Below are positions 17,767 through 28,284 of a stretch of 64,000 bases of DNA, one piece after another. The notes under the pieces are model-generated. The model saw only the letters and a list, made by a program, of their open reading frames with translations, did not search any database and had not been told where the DNA came from. The DNA is from an uncultured bacterium (GTDB lineage: Bacteria > Zixibacteria > MSB-5A5 > GN15 > FEB-12): contig CBDVDR010000005.1 in NCBI GenBank assembly GCA_965372795.1, positions 64,001 to 128,000 of the forward strand, in the 5' to 3' direction. The number at the start of each line of letters is the position of its first letter. Within the stretch, counting starts at the first letter, position 1. Position numbers and translations under genes: made by a program.

Positions 17767-20700
17767 TCATTCATCAGAATCTATTAGTTTTTGAATAGTA
17801 AAGTCAAGTTCAGAAAATTTATAAGGTTTTGAGATGACAGCAGAAAAGCCATACTTTTCATGGTCAGCCAAAATCAAATCATTTGAGAAGCCACTGCATA
17901 CAATTGCTTTAACTTTCGGATCAATACGAAGCAATTGTTCGATTGTCTCTTCCCCCCCCATTCCTTCGGGAACAACGAGATCAAGAACAACCACATTATA
18001 AGGTTTTTTGTTCTTCTTAGCTTTCTTGAACAGCTTAAGGGCTTCTTCGCCATCTTTGGCAACATCAATTTTATAACCATATTTTGTAAAGGATCGAATT
18101 GCAAGATTACGCAATAATTCTTCATCATCCATAATTAAAACAAAACCTTTGTTAACTTTTTTGATTCCTTCAATATGTTTAGGTTTTGTTTTTGTAGCAG
18201 CAGGCAGATAAATTGTAAAGACCGACCCCGTACCAATTACAGAATCAACTTCAATGTGTCCTTCGTGTTTAACTAAGATAGAATACGCCGCCGCTAATCC
18301 AAGCCCAGAATGAGAAGTACGGGTTGAGAAATAAGGGTCAAAAACTTTTCTCAGGTTCTTTTTTGAAATCCCTTTACCTGCATCCGTGAACGAAACTTTG
18401 ATGAATTTTCCATTTTTAACTGGGAGCTTATTTTTTTCAGTAATTAAAATATTGGAAGCAGCTATTTTGACAGAACCACCATTGGGCATAGCCTGGATGG
18501 CATTTTCAACGATGTTATGGATTACCTGACTTATCTGGCTAATATCAATGTTTACAGACTGAAGATTTTTAGCAATTTCCACCTCAGCTTTTATTTTTGA
18601 ATCAGTTAAAGCCAACATGACCGAATCACGCAATAATCTTTCAATTTCGGCGGGTTCTTTTACCAGGTTACTGCCTTCTGAGTAGGTCAATAACTGCTGG
18701 GTTAAACTTCTTGCACGCCAACCCGCCTTCTCAGCTTCGGTCAACACATCAAAAAGGTCATCATCTTCATCAAGGTCAAGTTTTGCAAAAGAGATATTCC
18801 CAAGGATACCAGTTAATAGGTTATTAAATCCGTGAGCAATACCACCAGCTAAAGTTGCAACCGATTCGAGTTTTTGATTATTTAAAAGTTCCTGTTCATA
18901 TTTTTTTCGTTCAATAAAAGTTCCGATTTCAATTGCAAGGGTCTCCAGGAGCTGTTTTTCTTCTTCATGAAAAGATTCTTCAAATTTCAAAGATTTTTCA
19001 TTCTTGCGATAGACTTCAAGCGTGCCGTATTTATCACCAGAGATAGAAAATTTAAAAATTTTATTACAATTTGATTTTTTAAATTTATTTGAAGATATTT
19101 CTCTATTATCGAACACAATCCTAACAGACGAACAATTGGGATAGCGCAGAGACTTCGCAATTAAGTTAGTGATTTCCTGTAAGACGGTATCTTCAGATTT
19201 GTCAAATTGAATAACAAGTTTTGCAAATTTATTTAAACAATTAAGCTGATTAACTTTAATTTTTAATTGTTCAGTTTGTTCTCGAGCAATTTTCTGAGCT
19301 AATTTTTTTTCAGTAATATCAACACCGACACCATCAATATATTGAATTTCGCCTTTATCGTTTTTTATGGCTGTCATGTTTGCTGAGATCCACCGGGAAG
19401 TACCATCTTTTCTTTTTACATAAAGTTCAATATCTTTGGCAATTCCCTTTTTATTAAGAATATCTATCATTTTTTTTCTAGCATCGGGATCGACATAAAA
19501 TTCACGGCTAGAGACAGCAAGCATTTCTTTCTCTGATTTATATCCCGCGGCTTTTAAAACCGTCGTATTGACCGAGATAAGTTTCCCTTTGGGAGTGGAA
19601 CGGAAAATTCCAACCGGTACATTATTCTGTAAGGTCCGAAGTCTGTTTTCCGACTCCTTAATAGCTTCCTCATTTCGCCGCCTCTCAATCGCATTAGCAA
19701 AAATATCCCCAACAAACCTAAGTAAGGAAATCAGTTTTTCATCCCATTCTCGAACTTCCCCTACATCATCAAAAACACCAAGGGCTCCAATTAAATTTTC
19801 TTCAGTAGTAAGCGGAACAAATAAAAACGGTCGGAATTCTTTCTTTTTTAACCAAAGGATTTCAGGCTTTAGATATGACGGTATATCTTCCAAACTTGAG
19901 AATGCCACATTTTCATCTCTTTTAAATTGTTCGAGATAGAACCCAAAAACTTCAATCGGCACATCCTTAAGCAGTTCAATCTGAGAATCTTTTCTTTTTG
20001 CGCACCACTCATGAGAGTTATAGACTTCTTCGAGATCGGGTGAAAAGAGGAAAAGGGAACATCTTGAAACAGATGCAAATTTTGCAATTTCTTTCAGAGC
20101 TTGAGTGATTGAGCGGTCAATTTTATTTACGGGAATATTAATTAATTCTGCCGAAATTGCAGAGATAAGCTGCTCAAAATCAAGCCAATACTTTAGTTCA
20201 TCTTCAGAACGCTGGCGCTGGGTTATATCCAAAACAGTGCCTATCATTCTTGCAGGTTGGCCAGAATCATCAACAAATATTTCCGATTCTGAATGAAAAT
20301 ATTTGATTTCTCCGTCTTCACAAATGATCCCATAATCAGCACCGAATCCTTTTTCACCGGCGGCAGCTTGTTTCATTAACTTTTTAATTCTTTGCCGATC
20401 TTCCGGAATAACATAGTCGATCCATTCATGGTGCAATGGTCCCAATTCTTTGGGGCGTTTATAAAAAGTGTATAATTCATCAGACCAGGTTATTTCATCA
20501 TTGATCATATCCCATTCCCAGTATCCAATTTGAGCAACTCGCCGTGATTCAGCAAACAGGTTATGGCTTTCACGCAAGGCTCTTTCAGCAAGGATAGTTT
20601 CGGTTCTGTCTTCATGGGTGATTATAACATTGATGACTTTGCCATTTGTGTCTTTAAGAGGAAAGATTCGGCTATTAACCCATCGTGCATTAGACTGAGT

Positions 20701-21543
20701 TTCAGAGATGATAGGCTCCAACTCAACATTGGAAAGGATTGTATTTTTTCCTTTTCTAGCTTTTTCAAAAGCTGAGGTATAACCCTGGATTATTGCTGTT
20801 GGATCGGAAAGAATATTATACTGGTCGATTGCTTGATTAGCTATAACATCAAAAAAGTTTTCAAAAGCTTGATTCACTCTAATTTGAAAACCATTTAAAT
20901 CAAAAATTTCAATAGGGACGGGTGATTGCTCAATTATCAGGTCAGCTAATAGTTTTGTTTCCTGAAGCTTCTTTTCCTGATTTTTAATCTGGGTTAAATC
21001 AGTTATTGAAGTACGAATCTGGAAAAATTCTTTCATATCCCCAAAAACAGGAATGCTTTCCAGATAAACATCGAAAATTGAACCATCTTTTTTTACCAGC
21101 TTGAGTTCGCAAAACTGCTTTGTTTTAGAATCTTCTACTTTTTGTCTATGCAGGGTAAAGTGTTTTTTGTCTTTTGAGGATATAAACGGGTTAAAGGTCT
21201 GACCGATAATGCTTCGTTTATCAATCCCTAAAAGGTCGGCACCATGCTGGTTAATTTCGAGGACTTTCCCTTTACTGCAAAATGATACATATCCGATGGG
21301 AGCAAAATCATATAAGTTATAATATCTATTTCTGGAGAGCTCAAGTTCATTTTTAACAGTCTGAAATTCAATACAGTTTTCTTCTAATACCGTTAGAGTT
21401 TCTTTGGTTTCATTTAGAAATTTATTAAACTGCTTTTCAAAGGCTGAATTTAGATTTTTAGTTTTATTTGCAAGAAGTTTTTCTATTTTAGACTGTAATT
21501 GATTTGTTTTCTTTAAAAAATTATTAGATTTATTCACGTTCAA
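17767..21543 (-). CDS. Hybrid sensor histidine kinase (multiple PAS, GAF, HisKA, HATPase, REC)
   Basis: PAS/PAC motifs (DITE, GYWEWD), GAF, H-box AGGIAHGFNNLL, N/G1/F/G2 boxes, receiver VLIMDDE…LDL…KPY. Confidence 0.95.
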   Translation of the reverse strand: MNVNKSNNFLKKTNQLQSKIEKLLANKTKNLNSAFEKQFNKFLNETKETLTVLEENCIEFQTVKNELELSRNRYYNLYDFAPIGYVSFCSKGKVLEINQHGADLLGIDKRSIIGQTFNPFISSKDKKHFTLHRQKVEDSKTKQFCELKLVKKDGSIFDVYLESIPVFGDMKEFFQIRTSITDLTQIKNQEKKLQETKLLADLIIEQSPVPIEIFDLNGFQIRVNQAFENFFDVIANQAIDQYNILSDPTAIIQGYTSAFEKARKGKNTILSNVELEPIISETQSNARWVNSRIFPLKDTNGKVINVIITHEDRTETILAERALRESHNLFAESRRVAQIGYWEWDMINDEITWSDELYTFYKRPKELGPLHHEWIDYVIPEDRQRIKKLMKQAAAGEKGFGADYGIICEDGEIKYFHSESEIFVDDSGQPARMIGTVLDITQRQRSEDELKYWLDFEQLISAISAELINIPVNKIDRSITQALKEIAKFASVSRCSLFLFSPDLEEVYNSHEWCAKRKDSQIELLKDVPIEVFGFYLEQFKRDENVAFSSLEDIPSYLKPEILWLKKKEFRPFLFVPLTTEENLIGALGVFDDVGEVREWDEKLISLLRFVGDIFANAIERRRNEEAIKESENRLRTLQNNVPVGIFRSTPKGKLISVNTTVLKAAGYKSEKEMLAVSSREFYVDPDARKKMIDILNKKGIAKDIELYVKRKDGTSRWISANMTAIKNDKGEIQYIDGVGVDITEKKLAQKIAREQTEQLKIKVNQLNCLNKFAKLVIQFDKSEDTVLQEITNLIAKSLRYPNCSSVRIVFDNREISSNKFKKSNCNKIFKFSISGDKYGTLEVYRKNEKSLKFEESFHEEEKQLLETLAIEIGTFIERKKYEQELLNNQKLESVATLAGGIAHGFNNLLTGILGNISFAKLDLDEDDDLFDVLTEAEKAGWRARSLTQQLLTYSEGSNLVKEPAEIERLLRDSVMLALTDSKIKAEVEIAKNLQSVNIDISQISQVIHNIVENAIQAMPNGGSVKIAASNILITEKNKLPVKNGKFIKVSFTDAGKGISKKNLRKVFDPYFSTRTSHSGLGLAAAYSILVKHEGHIEVDSVIGTGSVFTIYLPAATKTKPKHIEGIKKVNKGFVLIMDDEELLRNLAIRSFTKYGYKIDVAKDGEEALKLFKKAKKNKKPYNVVVLDLVVPEGMGGEETIEQLLRIDPKVKAIVCSGFSNDLILADHEKYGFSAVISKPYKFSELDFTIQKLIDSDE

Positions 21544-21791
21544 CTTTCTACATCCGGCATTTCATATTTCCGAACAGCCCTAAAATATAGGTATCAGTAT
21601 TAGTTTTATCATTATTATTCCCAAAAAAACGTACAACCTCAAAGATTATCTTTGAAAGTAATAAAAGCAAGAGAATTATTTATTAGTGCTTTTCCTCTCC
21701 CCTCTAAGCAACTAATATGAAATAGTTTATTGATTTTATTCGATTAATTTTTTATAACATATATAAGAATAATCTAATTGAAGGAACAATC

Positions 21792-22241
21792 ATGAATGAT
21801 TCACAAACTGGAATTTACAAAGTTAGCTTGAAAATCTGGATTGACTCAAGTAGAGATCAGGTATGGGACTGTTTCACACAAGAGATTAACAACTGGTGGC
21901 CCAAAGAATTTTATGCCCTTGAAGAACATTTAGAAACAAAATTTGAACCGCAGGTTGGCGGAAGGCTTTATGAAACCGGAGCAAACGAAAGCAGTCTTTT
22001 GTGGTTTACGGTTTCAGTTATTATACCCAAAATGAGCATTAATTTGACGGGACAGGTTGCGCCTCCTTTTGGTGGACCTGCGATCTCGATGCTTCAATTA
22101 AATTTCATTGAAACTGATGAGGGTAAAACTATTTTTGAAGTGATTGATACTTTAATAGGTGCTAAACCTCATGATGGTCTTGAAGATGACTGGCGAAAAC
22201 TGTTTGAAACCGGTTTAAAGAAGTACATTGAAAACAAATAA
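21792..22241 (+). CDS. SRPBCC / AHSA1-like domain protein
   Basis: VWDCFT…NWWP, FEPQVGGRLYE, W..L….LK.YIE; AAGGA RBS. Confidence 0.85.
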   Translation: MNDSQTGIYKVSLKIWIDSSRDQVWDCFTQEINNWWPKEFYALEEHLETKFEPQVGGRLYETGANESSLLWFTVSVIIPKMSINLTGQVAPPFGGPAISMLQLNFIETDEGKTIFEVIDTLIGAKPHDGLEDDWRKLFETGLKKYIENK

Positions 22242-22244
22242 GTT

Positions 22245-22676
22245 ATGTTAAAACGGCGTTTTTTTAAAAACGGCAAAGTTTCACCTCCGGCTGGAATAAA
22301 AAAGCCGCGTCTGATGAAATTTCAACCGACGATCAAAACTAAATCCGGGGTGTGTGTCAGGTCAAAGTATGAACAAACTTGCGCCGATTTTTTATTTATC
22401 CATAATATCAAATTCCAATATGAGCCATTAATGCTTATTGAAGGGCGTCAATTTCGGCCTGATTTTTATTTATCTGATTATAATCTTTTTTTAGAAATCT
22501 GCGGGTATACCCATATGCCTTATTACAATGATCGAGTAGCCCAAAAGAAAGAAATTTACAAAAAGGGTAATTTGACCTCGATTTTTATTTCGTATCAGGG
22601 AAGGGGTTCGCTTCAAAATATTTTGTCACAAAAGCTCCAAGAGCATAATATCAATATAGAAAATAAGCCAGAATAA
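22245..22676 (+). CDS. PD-(D/E)XK nuclease-like protein
   Basis: VRSKYE…FL…I.FQYEP…FRPDFYL…LEICG motif. Confidence 0.65.
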   Translation: MLKRRFFKNGKVSPPAGIKKPRLMKFQPTIKTKSGVCVRSKYEQTCADFLFIHNIKFQYEPLMLIEGRQFRPDFYLSDYNLFLEICGYTHMPYYNDRVAQKKEIYKKGNLTSIFISYQGRGSLQNILSQKLQEHNINIENKPE

Positions 22677-22828
22677 TATCCTTCCGTTTATTAATAATAT
22701 TTATTAAAAGTTCAATAATGACGTTTTACTCAAATCAGGGAACAAATTAATCTACTTTATTCGTTATAAGTTATAATTCAACTTACCTAATTGATAGTGA
22801 TTTATTCCGGGTAAATCGGAGATTAGTA

Positions 22829-23833
22829 TTGAACCTTAAAAATTACTACATTAATTCAAGCCGGATTAAAAAATTATTATACACCCTCATAATATTTTTT
22901 TTCTCCACTTCAATTGTAACCAGTCAGACTTGCAGTTGCGGAGGTCCTCCCCTGCTTGGGTCTTTAGAATCATCAGGAGTGTTTTATAAAAGTTTACAAA
23001 TTGGGGTAACTTATGAATACAGTTCCATCTCAGATTTAGTCAACAATACTGATAAGATCGATAATCAAACTCGCGAACGGGATATAAAAGCGGCGTTGTT
23101 TCAAATAGACTACGGCTTAACTCCGCAAATTACACTGGCAGCATCAATGTCTATTTTGGAGCAGAGACGAACCACCCTTTCTGAAACCGGAGTGGTAGAA
23201 AATTTGAATACACGTGGGGTGGGTGATGTTTTATTTCTCGTCAAATATTCTTTAAAAGCACCTTCTATTTTTAATCGCATCTCTTTTTCAATCGGCGGCG
23301 GGATTAAATTTCCGACCGGGAAATCGACTTTGAAAAATAATAATCTTTTAATAAGCGCAGATATGCAGCCCGGTACTGGGGCAATTGATGGAATTATCTG
23401 GAGCTCTTATTCGCAACCAATTTTAAATACATCTAATATTTCTCTATTGGGAAATTTGATCTATCGTTTTAACGGACCCAATGACAGGTTCGGCAGTAAT
23501 TTTGATAATTATAAATTCGGGAATGAATTCATTCTAAATCTCGGCGCCGGTTATAATTTTTCGACAAATTTGGGTACTACTCTTTTTCTTAGATACCGAA
23601 ACAGCCAGGCGGATAAATTTTCAGATCAAAGTCTGCCAAATTCCGGAGGAAAATGGTTGAACCTTGTCCCGGGGATTAATGCATCAATTTCACCTTCGAT
23701 AACTCTTCGAGGATCGGGGCAACTGCCTGTTTATAGAGAATTGGAAGGCGTACAATTTAGTACCAGTTACTCATTTTCAATCTCACTATTTTATACTTTT
23801 TTAAACAAGGGATCACCCAATGACTTACTTTAG
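22829..23833 (+). CDS. Outer-membrane beta-barrel 'transporter' (MetA-pathway/phenol-degradation-like family)
   Basis: Signal peptide then CSC; GVGD, GIKFPTG, MQPGTGA.D, alternating beta strands. Confidence 0.7.
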   Translation: MNLKNYYINSSRIKKLLYTLIIFFFSTSIVTSQTCSCGGPPLLGSLESSGVFYKSLQIGVTYEYSSISDLVNNTDKIDNQTRERDIKAALFQIDYGLTPQITLAASMSILEQRRTTLSETGVVENLNTRGVGDVLFLVKYSLKAPSIFNRISFSIGGGIKFPTGKSTLKNNNLLISADMQPGTGAIDGIIWSSYSQPILNTSNISLLGNLIYRFNGPNDRFGSNFDNYKFGNEFILNLGAGYNFSTNLGTTLFLRYRNSQADKFSDQSLPNSGGKWLNLVPGINASISPSITLRGSGQLPVYRELEGVQFSTSYSFSISLFYTFLNKGSPNDLL

Positions 23834-24926
23834 AGAAAAAATTCAAATCTCAGGCATAATTCTGATCGTGCTAACTCTCGTATCTTTTTTATTTAAAGGG
23901 TGCAGTAATAATGTTGACAGTAATTCCCCTACTTCAAGCGGAGGAACAGAGCCTGGTTCCGGGTCGACATGGTTAATTCCGGAGAGTGAAGTTTTCGGAG
24001 GCGGTCCCGGTAAAGATGGCATACCGGCTTTGCTCTCTCCGGCGATTCAATCAGTTTCACAAATAAATTTTCTTGATGATGACGATCTGATCATCGGTAT
24101 CAGAGTAAAAGATGAAGTAAGAGGTTATCCTCATCAAATTCTCGACTGGCATGAAATTATCAATGACGACATGGGCGGAGAATTTTTTGCAGTCACTTAC
24201 TGTCCCTTAACCGGTTCAGGAATTGGGTGGAGTCGAAATGTAAACGGCAATGTTACTACTTTTGGAGTTTCGGGACTATTGTATAATACAAATTTGATTC
24301 CTTATGATCGTGCCACGGGAAGTAACTGGTCACAAATGAAATTACAAAGCGTTAACGGCGTTCTTAAATCAACCAATGCCACCTTGGTTCCGGTTGTTGA
24401 AACAACTTGGAAAACATTCTCTCAATTATATCCGGATGCAAAAGTTGTAACGCAAAACACCGGGTCATCGCGCCCTTATGGGTCTTATCCTTATGGTGAC
24501 TACCGGACGAACAATTCAAGGCTTTTGTTCCCGGTTGATAATTTTGATGAGAGACTTCCCGGGAAAAGCAGGATTGTGGGTGTTGCCATTGATGGGAAAA
24601 GCAAAGCTTTCAATATTTTAAATTTCACCGATAATACTACCGCACAAAATTTAGTTTTCAATAAGGTACCCATTGTTGTGGTTGGGAATAGATTTAAAAA
24701 TTTTGGAGTCATCTACCAGAGAACTCTCAATAATGGCACCCTGCTTACTTTTGAACCAATTAATAGTAACACTGCCGGAGTGATGATTGACAATGAAGGC
24801 ACAACCTGGGATCTGTTTGGGTACGGACTAAGCGGACCGCGAGCCGGCGAAAGACTTCAAACGGTGGAATCATATATTGCCTATTGGTTTGCCTGGGGAG
24901 CATTTCATCCGGATTCGGAGTTGTAA
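23820..24926 (+). CDS. DUF3179 domain lipoprotein
   Basis: Lipobox FKGC; GGPGKDGIPAL, WHEIIND, TYCPLTGS, FGVSGLLY..NL..YDR.T.S.WSQ, YWFAW..FHP. Confidence 0.9.
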   Translation: MTYFREKIQISGIILIVLTLVSFLFKGCSNNVDSNSPTSSGGTEPGSGSTWLIPESEVFGGGPGKDGIPALLSPAIQSVSQINFLDDDDLIIGIRVKDEVRGYPHQILDWHEIINDDMGGEFFAVTYCPLTGSGIGWSRNVNGNVTTFGVSGLLYNTNLIPYDRATGSNWSQMKLQSVNGVLKSTNATLVPVVETTWKTFSQLYPDAKVVTQNTGSSRPYGSYPYGDYRTNNSRLLFPVDNFDERLPGKSRIVGVAIDGKSKAFNILNFTDNTTAQNLVFNKVPIVVVGNRFKNFGVIYQRTLNNGTLLTFEPINSNTAGVMIDNEGTTWDLFGYGLSGPRAGERLQTVESYIAYWFAWGAFHPDSEL

Positions 24927-24933
24927 AATATGC

Positions 24934-25398
24934 TTAGTTCATATTAAGAATTGTTTTTCGACAGTCAGGGGCACCACATTTACAAGGGTAGCTTTTCTGG
25001 GCTTCTTCAATTGTCTCATCGTCGGCAACAAATGAATAGTCGTAGGTTAGCTCTTCGCCTTTTTCAATTGTACAAATGGCTTCAATAAAAATACGATCGT
25101 TAACATTAATAGACTCACAGTTAGGTGAGCAGGAATGATTTATATAACGGGCATCATTACCTCTAACTGTAGCATCAATTGTAATTTCATCATCAATTTC
25201 AAACAGATAAGTCTGGTGTCTTTCCGGATCTACTTCACTGTAACGGCGTTCTTCTTCCTCGACTGTTATAATCTCACCGAGATATTCAATAATGCGTTTA
25301 CCTTTTTTAATTCTATTGGATGCAAAGACACCTTTACCATGTATCCCTGAATCTTCAACAATTATCATATTCTTTTTTTGTTTTCTAACTGAAGTCAT
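24934..25398 (-). CDS. SET domain protein-lysine methyltransferase
   Basis: SGIHGKGVFA, IIEYLGE, ARYINHSCSPN, GEELTYDY, post-SET CKCGAPDCR. Confidence 0.95.
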   Translation of the reverse strand: MTSVRKQKKNMIIVEDSGIHGKGVFASNRIKKGKRIIEYLGEIITVEEEERRYSEVDPERHQTYLFEIDDEITIDATVRGNDARYINHSCSPNCESINVNDRIFIEAICTIEKGEELTYDYSFVADDETIEEAQKSYPCKCGAPDCRKTILNMN

Positions 25399-25558
25399 GT
25401 TTAAACCTTTTACAATTTCTGATATTAACAATCAAATAATATTTGACTAAATTTAACCACTATTTAAATAATTCAAAGAGCAAATTTTGAACAGCTTTTG
25501 ATTTCCCCAAAACAATTCAACTTTGCTTGTCTACTAAACATTACGTATAAAAAATAAA

Positions 25559-26710
25559 TTATTGAATAGTGGCAAGATCTTTTTTTGAAGGAATAGCTAT
25601 TGCAAATAGCATATCTACAAAAACGATTACAGCCCCGACTAAAAAAGTTAATTCGTAACTAAACATTGTCCAAAGAATTCCCCCAACAATGGGAATTATA
25701 ACTGCCGTAATATGATTGGCTGTCATCCCAAACGATAAACAACTGGTAAGATCTTCATCGGAAGAAATCTTCCTGAGGTATGATTTTAATGCTATTGAAG
25801 AACCAAACAGAATATTATCGACAAAATACAATCCGATCAATAACGGTAGGTAGGTTACATAAGCATAGCCGGTGAAGATAAAAACCAATAACAGAGAAGA
25901 TGTAACAAGCACAATTTTTTCACCTACATGGTCACTTAGATAACCCAGATATCGATTTGTAAAAATGGTAACAAAATTAGTTGCCAGCATTATTATTGCG
26001 ACCATGGTAATATCGAGTTCATAGTTTTTGACTAATAAAAAAATCGCAAAGGTTGTAAAAATATGTCTCCGGCAACCACGAAGAAAAGCCAGCGTATAAT
26101 ACAATTTGTATTTTTTCTTTAAATGAATTTTACGGGTTTCAGAACCGGTTCTGTTTGATGGGAGAGCATAAGCCAGATAGCACCCGATTACAACTACAAT
26201 TCCGCCAATAATATAGAATGATTGTCGGTAATCAAGAAATAACGTCATGAAAAGAATCAACCCTGCCCCGGCAAGTCCTGCCATTGATTCATAGGAGCGA
26301 AGTTTCCCCTGCACTTTTCCAAGGTCTCCGGACTTACTAATCATTAATAATTGAGATGAATTAGTCGGTTCAAAATAATGAAATCCAAATGACATAAGTA
26401 CCGTAGCGCAAGCCAGCATCAAAATTGAATTTGATAAACCGCACAATAATAAACCCAACCCAACAGTAATGATTGATATAGCGGCAATTTTGGACTCGGT
26501 AAAATAAATTGCCAATGCCCCAACCCCAAAAGCCAGTAATCCGGGAATCTCGCGTACGGCTTGAATCATGCCAACATCATTTGGAGTAGCATTAAAAACA
26601 TCAATGGCAAAATTATTGAACATAATTCGCCAGCTTGAAAAACCCATCCACATTACAACTGCTGAGAAAGTTATGGTAAAGACAGAGATGTTTTTAATTT
26701 TAAGATTCAT
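25559..26710 (-). CDS. MFS transporter
   Basis: About 12 hydrophobic segments; REIPG, GYLSDHVGEK motif A-like. Confidence 0.9.
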   Translation of the reverse strand: MNLKIKNISVFTITFSAVVMWMGFSSWRIMFNNFAIDVFNATPNDVGMIQAVREIPGLLAFGVGALAIYFTESKIAAISIITVGLGLLLCGLSNSILMLACATVLMSFGFHYFEPTNSSQLLMISKSGDLGKVQGKLRSYESMAGLAGAGLILFMTLFLDYRQSFYIIGGIVVVIGCYLAYALPSNRTGSETRKIHLKKKYKLYYTLAFLRGCRRHIFTTFAIFLLVKNYELDITMVAIIMLATNFVTIFTNRYLGYLSDHVGEKIVLVTSSLLLVFIFTGYAYVTYLPLLIGLYFVDNILFGSSIALKSYLRKISSDEDLTSCLSFGMTANHITAVIIPIVGGILWTMFSYELTFLVGAVIVFVDMLFAIAIPSKKDLATIQ

Positions 26711-26918
26711 TACGGGCTAAGATACAGGCTGTTGATTATGAAGCAACCGATTATTGATAAACAGACAAACTATATCGGTGCATAGCCTTATATTGCAAGA
26801 GAGTCAATTAAGTTTTTAATCTCTTCCAAAAGATATCAATAACCACGAATTTTTTGATTTACAATGAAGTTATTTGGAGGCTTATTAACAAAAAGTTTAA
26901 CAATTTAAAGGAGAAATA

Positions 26919-27989
26919 ATGAAAAGAGGAATTACTATATTAATTGTCTGCCTTCTGTTTTTAGGATGTGTTCAAAAAGTTGATGACAAAGCCGATCAAA
27001 CCTCAGCAACTGATGGAACCCCGACAATTTTTGAAAATGAAAAACATTTTAAAAATATTAAGCAACTTACTTTTGGCGGTCAGAACGCCGAAGCCTATTT
27101 TTCTTATGATGCCTCCGAACTAATCTTTCAGGCTACAATCGATGATATGGAGTGTGATGCAATTTTTCGAATGAATTCAGATGGTTCCAATGTTCGTCAG
27201 GTATCCTCTGGTTTGGGAACTACTACTTGTTCGTTTATTTCACCTGATAAGACAAATATTATATATGCTTCGACCCATCTGATTGATTCGACCTGCCCGC
27301 CCAAGCCGGATATGTCCCGAGGCTATGTTTGGCCATTATACAAAAGCTATGATATTTTTAAAGCTGACCCGGATGGTTCAAATATCGTTCAGCTTACTCA
27401 AACCGAGGGTTATGATGCTGAAGCTGTATACTCTACCCAGGGCGACAAAATCATTTTCACTTCGGTTAGATCCGGCGATCTTGAACTATTCCTGATGGAC
27501 CCCGATGGTGACAACGTCGAACAACTAACTCATGAAATGGGCTATGATGGCGGAGCTTTTTTCTCACTTGATGGAGAATGGATCTGCTGGCGTGCCTCAA
27601 GACCTCAAGGAGACGAACTTAAGGATTATCAAGCCCTGCTTAAAGATGGTATGATCCGACCAAGTATGCTTGAAATTTTCATAATGAATTTGAAACAACG
27701 CAAACCTATTCAATTAACTAATAATGGTGCCGCTAATTTTGGACCATATTTCCACCCTGATGGCAAACATGTCATTTTCTGCTCAAATGTTGCTGATTCC
27801 TTGGGTAGAAATTTTGATCTTCATATGGTCAATATCGACACCAAAGAAGTTGAACAGATTACTCATAACAAAACCTTTGATGGATTCCCAATGTTCAGCC
27901 ATGATGGCAGTAAATTGGTTTTTGCTTCCAACAGAAATAATTCTGTAAAAGGTGAAACCAATGTCTTTATCGCCGATTGGGTCTGGTAA
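26919..27989 (+). CDS. TolB-like PD40/WD40 beta-propeller lipoprotein
   Basis: Lipobox FLGC; repeated QLT…YD.EA.FS.DG..I.F.S.R. Confidence 0.88.
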   Translation: MKRGITILIVCLLFLGCVQKVDDKADQTSATDGTPTIFENEKHFKNIKQLTFGGQNAEAYFSYDASELIFQATIDDMECDAIFRMNSDGSNVRQVSSGLGTTTCSFISPDKTNIIYASTHLIDSTCPPKPDMSRGYVWPLYKSYDIFKADPDGSNIVQLTQTEGYDAEAVYSTQGDKIIFTSVRSGDLELFLMDPDGDNVEQLTHEMGYDGGAFFSLDGEWICWRASRPQGDELKDYQALLKDGMIRPSMLEIFIMNLKQRKPIQLTNNGAANFGPYFHPDGKHVIFCSNVADSLGRNFDLHMVNIDTKEVEQITHNKTFDGFPMFSHDGSKLVFASNRNNSVKGETNVFIADWVW

Positions 27990-28000
27990 AAAATCTGCTT

Positions 28001-28032
28001 TAAAAGAGGAGTAGTTAAATACTCCTCTTTTA
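28001..28032 (+). terminator. Intrinsic terminator
   Basis: TAAAAGAGGAGTA-GTTAAA-TACTCCTCTTTTA perfect 13-bp stem. Confidence 0.85.
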
Positions 28033-28227
28033 CTCTTGTTTTCTTCAAAATTACAATGTTTATCACAATGTGCATCAAATTACATAGTTTTTCTTTTTAA
28101 TTAACTACTAATAACTCTTCATTATTTATTTGGCGGGGCTTTATCGCCCTTCTCATCGCCCCCTATCTCATTGTATTACAGCACCATAACAATTATGTGT
28201 AAAGACATAATTCGTTTCCTTTATAAA

Positions 28228-28243
28228 TGGCACAGCCTATGCT
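28228..28243 (+). promoter_or_regulatory. Sigma-54 (-24/-12) promoter
   Basis: TGGCACAGCCTATGCT: GG-N10-GC spacing with TGGCAC, about 40 nt upstream of the next start codon (AAGGAG RBS in between). Confidence 0.7.
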
Positions 28244-28284
28244 CAAAGGGATATTAGATTGAAGAATAAAATCAAGGAGAGTTG

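Noticed and set aside
23820..24926. Possible selenoprotein (some DUF3179 members contain Sec)
   Set aside because: The ORF is uninterrupted, has no in-frame TGA, and ends at TAA after the normal family C-terminus.
24934..25398. SET-domain protein as a host-targeting effector
   Set aside because: Short SET + post-SET proteins are widespread in free-living bacteria; no secretion signal or secretion system nearby.
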